The notes beneath the pieces are model-generated. The model saw only the letters and a list, made by a program, of their open reading frames with translations, searched no databases and was not told the origin of the DNA. The translations under genes were made by a program, and so were the position numbers. From positions 1 through 64,000 of the forward strand of contig JAVKJW010000002.1 of assembly GCA_031458695.1 (NCBI GenBank): a stretch of DNA of 64,000 nt, given 5' to 3'. Positions 8,105-17,027 of the stretch are shown here, piece after piece. The stretch comes from Candidatus Thermofontivivens primus. Its GTDB lineage: Bacteria; Sysuimicrobiota; Sysuimicrobiia; Sysuimicrobiales; Thermofontiviventaceae. How positions within the stretch are numbered: position 1 is the stretch's first letter; each line of letters begins with the position of its first letter.

Positions 8105-9265
8105 TTGTGGAGTAACCTCCAGCTTCTCGGATCCGCCAAGATCCAAGAGATCTGCCGGGCGCTCAGGGAAATCGGTGAAGAAGCACGCAGGGAGTTCCGG
8201 AACGGGCTGACCCAGGAGGGAGGAACGCGTCTCGCCTCTTTGATCCTGAACCGTTTCGGGCTGGATGCTGTCTCCTTCGTGGGGAGGGGCCGAGTTCTCG
8301 CCTACGTTGGGGTTGGAAGCGATCATCATCCCCCTGGTGCTCCTGTGACTACGGAGCTGACGAAACGGGTTCTCCGGACCGGGGAGCCTACCGTCGCCAC
8401 AGGCCCTGAGGAGATTGGGTGCCCTGTAGAAGGGTGTCCCCTCTCCAGCGCACTCATTGTCCCCCTCCGCGTCCAGGGCTTGACTCCCGCAGCCCTCAAG
8501 CTCTACCTCGCTGGCCCCAGGACCTTCCCCCCTGAGGCCATAGAGATCGCGATGCTCCTCGCCGATCTGCTCTCCTCAGAACTGGAGCTGGCGAGCCTAG
8601 AGGTGGAGGTCGAAAGGATGAGCCACTCCGAGCTGCGCGCGCTGCGGGCAGAGATCTCCCCACACTTTGTCTTCAACATCCTCAACGTCATTGCCGCGAT
8701 CATCCCCACGGACCCTGCACGTGCGAGGAACCTCACTGTTGAGTTTGCCGATTTCCTGCGCCACGCCCTCCGCCAACATGGGGAGTTCTGCACCCTCGCC
8801 GAGGAGCTCTGGTATGTGGAACAGTACCTCGCCTTTGAGCGGGTACGCCTCCAGGATCGTCTCGAGGTGCGGCAGCAGATTGATCCCAAGACGCTGGATA
8901 CGATTCTGCCTGTGCTCACCATTCAGCCCCTGGTGGAAAACGCTATCCTTCATGGGATTGAACCCAAACAAGGGAAGGGAAGGATTTTCATCACTTCGGA
9001 GCGACGGGGGGAGGAAGACTGGATCACCGTCGAGGACGACGGGGTGGGGATCCCCAAGGAGAAGCTAGATCAGATCTTTGAGAGAGGCGTCGGCTCAGGA
9101 ATTGGCATTGGGTTGTTCAACGTGAATCGGAGGCTGCGGGCGATTTACGGCGACGGGTATGGGGTGATTCTCACAAGCCAGGAGGGGGAGGGGACACGAG
9201 TAACAGTACGGATCCCGAGGAGGGCGGGACCCCATGAACAATCTCCGGGTGCTCGTCGTCGATGA
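8105..9265 (+). CDS. LytS/YehU-type sensor histidine kinase, cytoplasmic (GAF-like + His_kinase + HATPase)
   Basis: L-R-A-E-I-S-P-H-F-V-F-N, Q-P-L-V-E-N-A-I-L-H-G, D-D-G-V-G, G-I-G-L-F-N-V; no hydrophobic 5TM region. Confidence 0.9.
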   Translation: MWSNLQLLGSAKIQEICRALREIGEEARREFRNGLTQEGGTRLASLILNRFGLDAVSFVGRGRVLAYVGVGSDHHPPGAPVTTELTKRVLRTGEPTVATGPEEIGCPVEGCPLSSALIVPLRVQGLTPAALKLYLAGPRTFPPEAIEIAMLLADLLSSELELASLEVEVERMSHSELRALRAEISPHFVFNILNVIAAIIPTDPARARNLTVEFADFLRHALRQHGEFCTLAEELWYVEQYLAFERVRLQDRLEVRQQIDPKTLDTILPVLTIQPLVENAILHGIEPKQGKGRIFITSERRGEEDWITVEDDGVGIPKEKLDQIFERGVGSGIGIGLFNVNRRLRAIYGDGYGVILTSQEGEGTRVTVRIPRRAGPHEQSPGARRR

Positions 9266-9947
9266 TGACCCCATCGCCAGGAAAGAGCTCCGGTCCATGC
9301 TGGAGCGTCTCCAGGTGGAAGCCGTGGACGAGGCGGCCACCGCAGTAGAAGCACTCGTCCAGCTTCAGCAACGCCGCTACGATCTCCTCCTTTTGGACAT
9401 CCAGATGCCCGGTCTCTCCGGGATCGAGGCCCTGAAGGTGATCAACCATATGCCCCAGAGGCCTCACGTGGCCTTTGTCACCGCATTCTCCGATCACACC
9501 CTGGAGGCGTTTGAAGAGGCAGCCTTTGACTACCTGCTGAAGCCTGTCCGGGAGGACCGCCTCCGCCGGACGCTGGAGCGGGTTGTGTCCATGCAATCGG
9601 GCACGATGACGTCCCCAGGCAAGCTCCCAGTCCACCTCGAGGACCGGATCCTGCTGCTGGAGATCGACGAGATCCGGTTCGCCTATGCACGGGGGGATCG
9701 CACCTTCGTCGTCTTGTTCGACCGCGAGTACCCTGTGCGCTACACCCTAGGGGAATTGGCGCAGCGGCTGGGCCGTCGGGCATTCCTCCGGGTGCACCGG
9801 AGCTACCTGGTCAACGTGGATCATATCAAGGAAGTCCATCCATTCTTCAGCGGCACCCTGATCTTGCGGATTGACGATCATAAGAATACAGAGATCCCCG
9901 TAAGCCGCTCCGCCGCGCGCACCCTCCGCCTCCTCCTTGGTTTGTAA
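9234..9947 (+). CDS. LytTR family response regulator
   Basis: REC domain (V-V-D-D, L-D-I-Q-M-P, D-Y-L-L-K-P) plus F-L-R-V-H-R-S-Y-L-V-N and I-P-V-S-R. Confidence 0.95.
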   Translation: MNNLRVLVVDDDPIARKELRSMLERLQVEAVDEAATAVEALVQLQQRRYDLLLLDIQMPGLSGIEALKVINHMPQRPHVAFVTAFSDHTLEAFEEAAFDYLLKPVREDRLRRTLERVVSMQSGTMTSPGKLPVHLEDRILLLEIDEIRFAYARGDRTFVVLFDREYPVRYTLGELAQRLGRRAFLRVHRSYLVNVDHIKEVHPFFSGTLILRIDDHKNTEIPVSRSAARTLRLLLGL

Positions 9948-9987
9948 GGGAAACCTGTCGTCGGCATCCACGCAACGCCAGAGGAAA

Positions 9988-10016
9988 TTGACACCCCTAG
10001 AGGGGGCCCTTATAAT
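9988..10016 (+). promoter_or_regulatory. Consensus sigma70 promoter of tRNA-Leu
   Basis: TTGACA-17 nt-TATAAT, perfect consensus. Confidence 0.9.
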
Positions 10017-10028
10017 TGTCCTGGACAC

Positions 10029-10113
10029 GCCGGGGTGGCGGAATAGGCAGACGCGCACGTTTGAGGGGCGTGTGGGGAAACCCGTGCGGGTTCAAATCCC
10101 GCCCCCGGCACCA
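10029..10113 (+). tRNA. tRNA-Leu (anticodon GAG)
   Basis: Acceptor GCCGGGG/CCCCGGC+A-CCA, anticodon loop TT-GAG-GG, long variable arm, GGTTCAAATCC T-loop, encoded CCA. Confidence 0.97.
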
Positions 10114-10254
10114 ACAAGCTCAGCAATCGCTGATGCTCTCCCCTGAAAAGGCAGTTTCCCCATCCCAGCCCGCCTCATTGGAGAGCGCAAGCCAAGAAAG
10201 ACGGGCGAGGTTATGAAACCCACTCCCTTGCTTGCCTCTCGTGTGTCACCATAC

Positions 10255-10764
10255 TTAGGGAGCATCCTCTGGCCCGCGGTCCATATACGTTCGATAGAAT
10301 TCTTCCAAGCAAGGTCGGTTTAAGCGGTCCAACTCAAGGATACGGGTCCACGCGATGGCAACGAGGAGCTTTGGGAGTTTGGGGTAAGGTGCAATGACGA
10401 GCTTCACGTAGCCGTACTTGCTCTTGGGGAACGTGTGGAAGATGTTTTGAAGGTCGCGGAGGGTCTGCGGAGGAATCCCTGGCCACCGGTAGAGGATGAC
10501 CACGTATCCGTGCTCGAGGTTGTGAACCCAGTAACCGGGAAGGATTTCTCGGAGGTATACCCCGGGACGGGCGATCTGTGGGTAGTGGGGGCCTGAGGTG
10601 GGAGGGTTGTGTTTATACTGGATCGGAGAACCCGTGGGAACGTGGGCATAGCCTTCATCGGGGGCAGGGCGCCCCCGGCAGGGATTCGCTGGAGCGCCGG
10701 CTTCAACTGTGGTTCCGAGAAGCGCCGCAAGCAAAAGACAGAGCGCGAGGGAGCTCCCACGCAT
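10255..10764 (-). CDS. DUF3105 domain exported protein
   Basis: N-P-P-T-S-G-P-H-Y, V-H-N-L-E-H-G, A-W, G-P-E; signal-peptide-like N-terminus from ATG 10764 (upstream start at 10854 possible). Confidence 0.85.
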   Translation of the reverse strand: MRGSSLALCLLLAALLGTTVEAGAPANPCRGRPAPDEGYAHVPTGSPIQYKHNPPTSGPHYPQIARPGVYLREILPGYWVHNLEHGYVVILYRWPGIPPQTLRDLQNIFHTFPKSKYGYVKLVIAPYPKLPKLLVAIAWTRILELDRLNRPCLEEFYRTYMDRGPEDAP

Positions 10765-11115
10765 CCAGGCAAATCTCCTTTGCCTTTTGCTGGGGCCCGT
10801 TCTCTCCAGGGGTCTCCAGGAAATCCTCTCCTTCTTGGTGGGAGACATCATCATGGCGGTGCTCCTTACAAAATCATAAGAACCTTTTCATTGCATCCAT
10901 GCGCCTCACCAACCCTAACGGAACCTTTTGACGAGATTTCCCGGGAGGCTTTACATCTACCCCTCACAACACACGGTTGCGGAGAAATCCGGGTTCCCCC
11001 TCTTTTGGCAGCTCGTCCTTCTTTTCCTTGCACGAAAGGATTTTCCTCCTCCTCTTTAGAAACTACCTGCGGAAGATCGTGGAATTCCTAGAGGTCCAGA
11101 GGGGTGTAGGAGAGG

Positions 11116-12336
11116 ATGCAGCCGCTTGAGGATGTGCTCGTCATCGACCTGACACGGGCGCTCGCAGGGCCCTACTGTACCTTGATGCTCGCCGATCTCG
11201 GAGCGCGGGTGATTAAGATCGAGAACCCCGATGGGGGAGACGATACGAGGGGCTGGGGGCCACCGTTCCTGGACGGGGAGAGCGCGTACTTCCTCAGCGT
11301 CAACCGCTGCAAGGAAAGCCTCGCGCTGGATCTCAAGGATGAGCGTGGGAAGGCTGTCCTCCGCCGGCTCCTTCAACGAGCGGATGTGCTTGTGGAGAAC
11401 TTCCGGCCAGGGGTGATGGAAAAACTTGGGTTCGGGTACGCGCGGGTCCGGGAGATCAATCCGCGGATCATCTACTGTGCCATCTCAGGGTTCGGCCAGA
11501 CAGGGCCCTACCGGGAACGTCCTGCCTATGACCTCATCCTGCAGGGGATGGGTGGCCTGATGGGCATCACCGGCGAGGAAGGCGGGCCTCCTGTGAAGGT
11601 TGGCGTGGCCATCGCCGACATCTGCGCAGGGATGTTTGGAGCCTATGGCATTTTAGCAGCCTTACGCATGCGGGATCGGACAGGAGAGGGCCAGTTCGTG
11701 GACATCGCCCTTCTGGACGGTCAGGTGGCATGGATGACCTATCAAGCCGGGAATTACTTCGCGACCGGGAAGAACCCGGAACGCTTAGGGAGTGCGCACC
11801 CTTCCATCGTGCCGTACCAGGCGTTCCAGACGAAGGATGGCTATCTCAACGTGGCCGTGGGAAGCGAGGCGATCTGGCGAAGGTTCTGCGAGGCACTGGG
11901 ACTGTTGCACCTTGCTGAGGACCCGAGGTTCGTTACCAACGCCCAGCGGGTCGCCCACCGCCGGGAGCTCATCTCCATCCTGGAAGGCGTCTTCCTCCAA
12001 CGGGAGACACGGGAGTGGCTGGAAATCCTCGATGCGCACGGGGTTCCTGCGGGCCCCATTTACCAGCTCTCCGAGGTGTTCACAGACCCGCAGGTGCTTC
12101 ACCGTGGGATGGTAGTGGAAGTGGATCACCCTCGTGCCGGGAGGATCAAGGTCGTCGGTTCCCCCGTCAAGCTCTCTCTAGCCTCCGTTCCTCGTTACAA
12201 AGCCCCGCCACTTTTGGGGGAACACACCGAATCGATCCTCCGGGAGTTCGGATGGAGTGCGGAAGAAATCGCCCAGCTTCGCCGCGCAGGTGTCGTCGCC
12301 ACTCCGGAAGACCTGAGCGAGCCGAAGGAGGAGTGA
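11116..12336 (+). CDS. CaiB/BaiF family III CoA-transferase
   Basis: L-A-G-P-Y-C-T-L-M-L-A-D-L-G-A, E-N-F-R-P-G, S-G-F-G-Q-T-G-P, catalytic I-A-D, P-P-L-L-G-E-H. Confidence 0.95.
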   Translation: MQPLEDVLVIDLTRALAGPYCTLMLADLGARVIKIENPDGGDDTRGWGPPFLDGESAYFLSVNRCKESLALDLKDERGKAVLRRLLQRADVLVENFRPGVMEKLGFGYARVREINPRIIYCAISGFGQTGPYRERPAYDLILQGMGGLMGITGEEGGPPVKVGVAIADICAGMFGAYGILAALRMRDRTGEGQFVDIALLDGQVAWMTYQAGNYFATGKNPERLGSAHPSIVPYQAFQTKDGYLNVAVGSEAIWRRFCEALGLLHLAEDPRFVTNAQRVAHRRELISILEGVFLQRETREWLEILDAHGVPAGPIYQLSEVFTDPQVLHRGMVVEVDHPRAGRIKVVGSPVKLSLASVPRYKAPPLLGEHTESILREFGWSAEEIAQLRRAGVVATPEDLSEPKEE

Positions 12337-12340
12337 GTAC

Positions 12341-14110
12341 ATGGGACGGAACGGGCATTCAAATAGCGGGACGATTACCTGCCCGGGTTGCGGACATGCA
12401 CATAACATAGAGGTCTTACGGGGACATGCCTATGTCTGCTCAGAGTGTGGTTGGCACCTCCCTATGCCCGCGCGGGAGCGCGTGACCTATCTGCTGGACC
12501 AGGGAACGTTCAAGGAGCTGGCCAGGGGCCTCGTCTCGGTGGATCCCCTCCGGTTCATGGATCAGAAGCCTTACCGGGAGAGGCTTCTTGAGGCAAGGGA
12601 GCGAACAGGCCTGCGGGAGGCTGTCCTCGTGGGGGAGGGGAAGATTGAGGGGCGTCCCCTGGTCCTGGTCCTATTCGACTTCGAGTTTCTCGGGGGTTCC
12701 ATGGGTTCTGTGGTGGGGGAGAAAGTGGCCAAGGCCTTCGAGTATGCGCTAGTGCGCAGGCTCCCCGTCGTGAGTATCACTGCCACCGGCGGGGCCAGGA
12801 TGCAAGAGGGGATGCTCTCCCTCATGCAGATGGCCAAAACCGTCGCTGCGCAGGCCCGGCATCACCAGGCCGGGCTCGCCTATATCTCCATCCTTGCGCA
12901 TCCTACCTTCGGAGGGGTGGCGGCAAGCTTCGCCGCCCTTGGGGACGTCCTCATTGCGGAGCCCGGGGCACTGATAGGGTTTGTCGGGCCGAGAGTCATC
13001 GAGATGACACTGGGGGAGTATGTTCCGCCCGAATCCCACAAGGCAGAGACCCTGTTTACGCACGGCATGGTGGACATGGTCCTTCCCCGCTCCCAGCATC
13101 GCGAGATTCTGGGCTACCTCATTGGACACCTGAGCCGGCGGCCAGAAGCGATCCCCCGGGAGGAGGGGAAACCTCCGAAGGTGCGCCCTTCACGCGTCCC
13201 GCCATGGGAGGCAGTGCAGCGCGCACGACACAGCGAGAGACCGACCACCCTGGACTACATTGAACGGATCTTTTCCCGGTTTGTGGAGCTTCACGGGGAT
13301 CGGCAGTTTGGGGACGACCCGGCAATCGTGGGAGGACTGGCTGAGCTCGATGGACGTACCGTGGTGGTGATTGGGCATGAACGAGGGCGCACAGCTGAAG
13401 AGCAATCCCGGCGGAATAAGGGAATGCCCTACCCTGAGGGGTACCGGAAGGCACGCCGACTCATGGAGCTGGCGAGCAAGTTCCGCCTGCCTGTGGTCAC
13501 GTTCGTAGACACTCCAGGAGCCTATCCTGGCGTTGAAGCCGAGCGCCGGGGAATCGCGCAGGCTCTCGCTCAGAGCCTTCAGGCGATGGCCACCCTGCCC
13601 GCACCTGTGATCAGCATCGTGATCGGAGAGGGAGGAAGTGGCGGGGCCCTTGCGCTCTCTGTGGCCGACCGGATCCTCATGCTGGAGAACGCGATCTTCT
13701 CCGTCATTTCCCCCGAAGGAGCCGCGGCAATTCTCTGGAGGGATGCTTCGCGGGCGAGCGAGGTTGCTGGGGCGCTCAAGCTCACTGCCTCCGATCTCTT
13801 GAGTCTGGGAATCATCGACCAGATCATCCCGGAGCCACCGGGTGGAGCACATCTTGACCATGCCCGGGTGGCAGCAGAGGTCCGCCGCTACCTCATCGCA
13901 TCCCTCCGCGAGCTCGAAAGGGTTCCTCCTGCTAAGCTCCTGCGCCGTCGCTATGAAAAATACCGACACATTGGGAAGGTTGGGGTGTACTGGAGGGAGG
14001 TAGTGCGTACGGAAATGCAGGAAGTCCTGGATGCTGTCGGGAGGGTGGTGCTCCGTTCTGTGGGGGCGATTCAAGAGCTTCCCTTCTCGCGAGGAGGGAG
14101 GGAGACATGA
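12341..14110 (+). CDS. accDA: Acetyl-CoA carboxylase carboxyltransferase, fused beta (AccD) and alpha (AccA)
   Basis: N-terminal CPGC...CSEC Zn finger and G-G-A-R-M-Q-E-G (AccD); then E-L-H-G-D-R, D-T-P-G-A-Y-P-G, G-E-G-G-S-G-G-A (AccA) in one frame. Confidence 0.93.
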   Translation: MGRNGHSNSGTITCPGCGHAHNIEVLRGHAYVCSECGWHLPMPARERVTYLLDQGTFKELARGLVSVDPLRFMDQKPYRERLLEARERTGLREAVLVGEGKIEGRPLVLVLFDFEFLGGSMGSVVGEKVAKAFEYALVRRLPVVSITATGGARMQEGMLSLMQMAKTVAAQARHHQAGLAYISILAHPTFGGVAASFAALGDVLIAEPGALIGFVGPRVIEMTLGEYVPPESHKAETLFTHGMVDMVLPRSQHREILGYLIGHLSRRPEAIPREEGKPPKVRPSRVPPWEAVQRARHSERPTTLDYIERIFSRFVELHGDRQFGDDPAIVGGLAELDGRTVVVIGHERGRTAEEQSRRNKGMPYPEGYRKARRLMELASKFRLPVVTFVDTPGAYPGVEAERRGIAQALAQSLQAMATLPAPVISIVIGEGGSGGALALSVADRILMLENAIFSVISPEGAAAILWRDASRASEVAGALKLTASDLLSLGIIDQIIPEPPGGAHLDHARVAAEVRRYLIASLRELERVPPAKLLRRRYEKYRHIGKVGVYWREVVRTEMQEVLDAVGRVVLRSVGAIQELPFSRGGRET

Positions 14111-15114
14111 AGGCGGTGGTGTTCTACGGTCCAGGGGAGGTCGCCGTGGAGGAACGCCCTCTCCCTTCCCCGGGGCCTGACGAGGTCCTCGTCCGAGTAC
14201 AGGCAGCGTCGGTGTGCGGGACGGATGTGCGGATCTATCGTGGGGAGATTGATGTTTCCCCTCCTGTCGTCCTGGGTCATGACTTTGCCGGGGTCGTGGA
14301 GAAGGTCGGGGAGGAAGTGGAAGAGGTCACCCGGGGGATGCAAGTAGTGGTGGAGCCAATCCGGTCCTGCGGCGCCTGCCGAGTCTGCATGGAGGGACGG
14401 TACAATCTATGTCCTGATGGGGGGTTCCACGGATTTAACCTCGATGGGGGCTTCAGCGAGTATGCCCTCGTCCACGTCACATGCCTCCACGATGCACAAG
14501 GACTCCCTGTGGAGGAGGCTGGTGCTGTCGAGCCAGTGGTCGTCGCGCTCGCCAGCTTGCGGAAGGCAAACCCCCACCTGTGGGATTACCTTGTCGTCTT
14601 CGGGCAAGGGCCCATTGGTCTCACGATTACGCAGGTTGCCAAGCTTCAAGGGCTCCGGGTGATTGCGGTGGATCCCCTTCCCCGTCGTCTCGATCTCGCA
14701 CGGGAGATGGGCGCGGATCACGTGGTCAACCCCGACGAGGTTGACCCAGTCCAAGCGGTCCTGGAACTCACGGGAGGAAATGGCGCGGATGTGGCCATCG
14801 AAGCCTCTGGGACACAGCTGGCCGTGGACTGGTCCGCGGAGGTTGTCCGGCCAGGAGGGAAGCTGGTGTTTGTGGGGGAACAGTCGGGGCTCCATGGGCC
14901 ACCGATGGAGGAGATGATGAACAAGGAATTGGAGACCTTTGCCGTTGCCTTGGGGGCGGGGTTGTACCCGCGGGCCATCGACCTTCTTGCCTCGGGGAAG
15001 GTACAGATGCGCCCTCTCATCACCCATACCGTTACCTTGGAGGAGTTGCCCGGAGTGTTGGAACAGTTGAGTGACGGGACCCTGGAAGCCGTCAAGGTAT
15101 TGGTAAAGCCCTAA
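14107..15114 (+). CDS. Zn-dependent medium-chain dehydrogenase/reductase
   Basis: C-G-T-D, G-H-D, C-G-A-C-R-V-C...C structural Zn site, G-Q-G-P-I-G. Confidence 0.9.
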   Translation: MKAVVFYGPGEVAVEERPLPSPGPDEVLVRVQAASVCGTDVRIYRGEIDVSPPVVLGHDFAGVVEKVGEEVEEVTRGMQVVVEPIRSCGACRVCMEGRYNLCPDGGFHGFNLDGGFSEYALVHVTCLHDAQGLPVEEAGAVEPVVVALASLRKANPHLWDYLVVFGQGPIGLTITQVAKLQGLRVIAVDPLPRRLDLAREMGADHVVNPDEVDPVQAVLELTGGNGADVAIEASGTQLAVDWSAEVVRPGGKLVFVGEQSGLHGPPMEEMMNKELETFAVALGAGLYPRAIDLLASGKVQMRPLITHTVTLEELPGVLEQLSDGTLEAVKVLVKP

Positions 15115-15118
15115 CGCG

Positions 15119-15667
15119 ATGGACCCCACGAATCCGAAAAACCTACGCCGAAGTCGCTGGTTCCCGCTTCTCCTCATCCTGGTGATCATCCTTGGAGGGG
15201 TACTCTGGGCGATCTGGAGGAGGCCACGGGAGGCCGCTGTGCAGGTGTACTTCATCAAGGTAGATCCCGTTACCCATCAAGGAACCGTGGCCCCGGTGAT
15301 CCGTAGGACTCGCGCGGGTGAGCCTCGCTTTCTTCTCCGTGCTGCCCTGGAGGCTCTCCTTGCAGGTCCAACGCCAGAGGAGAAGGCCGAGGGTCTCTCC
15401 ACGGAAATCCCTCCGGGGGCACGGCTACGAGACCTGGAGATCCGTGATGGGGTCGTTTACGCCGACTTCACGCGCGAGGTGGAATCAGGCGGTGGGAGCT
15501 TTAGCATGCAGGGGCGTCTTTGGCAGATCGTCTACACGGCTACCCAGCTTCCAGAGGGCACGCGGGTACGTATTCTCATTGAAGGGGAGGAACGGGAGGT
15601 GCTGGGAGGGGAGGGACTCTGGATCGGTGAACCCCTCGCTCGCCCCCCAGCACTCCCCAGTTTTTAA
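15119..15667 (+). CDS. GerMN domain membrane-anchored protein
   Basis: N-terminal TM helix; A-L-E-A-L-L-A-G-P-T, T-E-I-P, G-G-G-S...Q-I-V-Y-T-A-T-Q, V-R-I-L-I-E-G. Confidence 0.88.
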   Translation: MDPTNPKNLRRSRWFPLLLILVIILGGVLWAIWRRPREAAVQVYFIKVDPVTHQGTVAPVIRRTRAGEPRFLLRAALEALLAGPTPEEKAEGLSTEIPPGARLRDLEIRDGVVYADFTREVESGGGSFSMQGRLWQIVYTATQLPEGTRVRILIEGEEREVLGGEGLWIGEPLARPPALPSF

Positions 15668-15811
15668 GGTTTCCCGTTTGCAGGTTTTTTCAAGTTCCAC
15701 GTTGACGAGACTTGGTATAACCTACCCACCTGCTCACCTCAACCCCGGATGAGGGGAGGATTCGGGGGAACCGCTGCAGAACCCTACAGATCAAGCCAAG
15801 GTTTGCTTACC

Positions 15812-16984
15812 ATGCCAAGGGAGGTCTTCGCGGGAGAAATCGAAGAGTTCCTGGAGCGGCTGGAAGGGGTCCTGTCCGCACGGGTGATTGCATCCCAGGA
15901 AGGGGAGATCGAGCGTATCTACCTGACCGCAGAAGGGCAGACAGAGGTCCCGGCGATCCGGCGCTCTGTAGTCTCTGCCCTGATGAGCCAGTTCAGCATT
16001 CCCATAGAGGGATGGCGGATTCAGGTTGCCCGCCTCCGCGACGATCCCCTTCCCCTCTCCGAGCGCGTGGCCTATCGCCTTCACCGGTTCACGGAGACCC
16101 TCACAGAGGCCCAGGTACAAGTCACGGTGGAGCTGCGATACGAGGTCGATGGAGAGGTCCGTACGGCCAGCGGGACCTCCAAGGGATCCCCGGGGTTCCA
16201 CAACCGCTTACGTGTGATTGCGCAAGCTGCATTCGCTGCCTTGAGGCAAACGCTCAGCCAGGGGGAGCGGAACCTTGCCGTGGAAGCGGTAACCGTGGTG
16301 CCCATCGCCTCCCGGGAGGTCGTTCTTGTCGCCCTCGTTGCCTCCGAGAAGGAGGGAGAGGAGGTCCTGGTGGGAGCAGCACCTGTGATGACCTCGCTAG
16401 GGGAGGCGGTGGTGAATGCCCTCCTTGATGCTGCTTCCAAGCGTGTCGTGAGAACAGTGCGATTGCGGGAGGGGATGGAACCTATGGACCGGAGGGAGCG
16501 CCTAGAGGCCATGCGTCGGTACTACCAGCGGGTCGTCAAGGGTCCGATGCGGTTTGAGGGAACATCCCTCTCTCCCGGGGAGCAGGGGGATGGCGAGGGA
16601 AGGGCGCCCCTTGCCGAGGCGGGTTTTGAGGAGAAGATGGGAGAGGATACCATCGCGGACATCACGGATATCCGTCCAGAAAAAGAGGGAGGAGCAGCCA
16701 TGACTGCGCGGGAGATGAGTGAGCGCCACGAGCCACAACCCCCCCGGCCGAATCCGAAATCGGCAATGGAGGACGCCTACTACCAGCGCCTCGTGGACAC
16801 CGCAGCGCCTGTGTACATCCGCTGCGTTGACGGCTACGAGATCCGCAACGCGGTGTTCAAGGGCTACGGGACATATGCCGTTCTCGTAGAGGTTGGCGGG
16901 GTCGAGGAACTTCTCTTCAAACACGGCATCATCTCTATCCGCCCTGAAGGTCCCCTACCGGTCAGAGAGGTCGGTGAGGCCTAA
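15812..16984 (+). CDS. Multidomain protein: uncharacterised N-terminal domains + C-terminal Hfq/Sm-like domain
   Basis: Segment 16766-16945 ([35 protein letters not shown]) aligns by eye with Hfq (LQDPFLNAL..PVSIYLVNG..FVILL..MVYKHAISTVVP); alternative start 15749. Confidence 0.8.
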   Translation: MPREVFAGEIEEFLERLEGVLSARVIASQEGEIERIYLTAEGQTEVPAIRRSVVSALMSQFSIPIEGWRIQVARLRDDPLPLSERVAYRLHRFTETLTEAQVQVTVELRYEVDGEVRTASGTSKGSPGFHNRLRVIAQAAFAALRQTLSQGERNLAVEAVTVVPIASREVVLVALVASEKEGEEVLVGAAPVMTSLGEAVVNALLDAASKRVVRTVRLREGMEPMDRRERLEAMRRYYQRVVKGPMRFEGTSLSPGEQGDGEGRAPLAEAGFEEKMGEDTIADITDIRPEKEGGAAMTAREMSERHEPQPPRPNPKSAMEDAYYQRLVDTAAPVYIRCVDGYEIRNAVFKGYGTYAVLVEVGGVEELLFKHGIISIRPEGPLPVREVGEA

Positions 16985-17027
16985 GGAGCCCAGCAGAGCT
17001 AAACCCTTGGAAAAGGGGGGAAGTGGG

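Noticed and set aside
10029..10260. tRNA-Leu as an integration site for an island
   Set aside because: No integrase and no duplicated tRNA 3' end seen in the window.
14272..14289. GHD instead of GHE in the Zn-dehydrogenase
   Set aside because: Conservative change with the Cys/His ligands intact; no basis for a new function.
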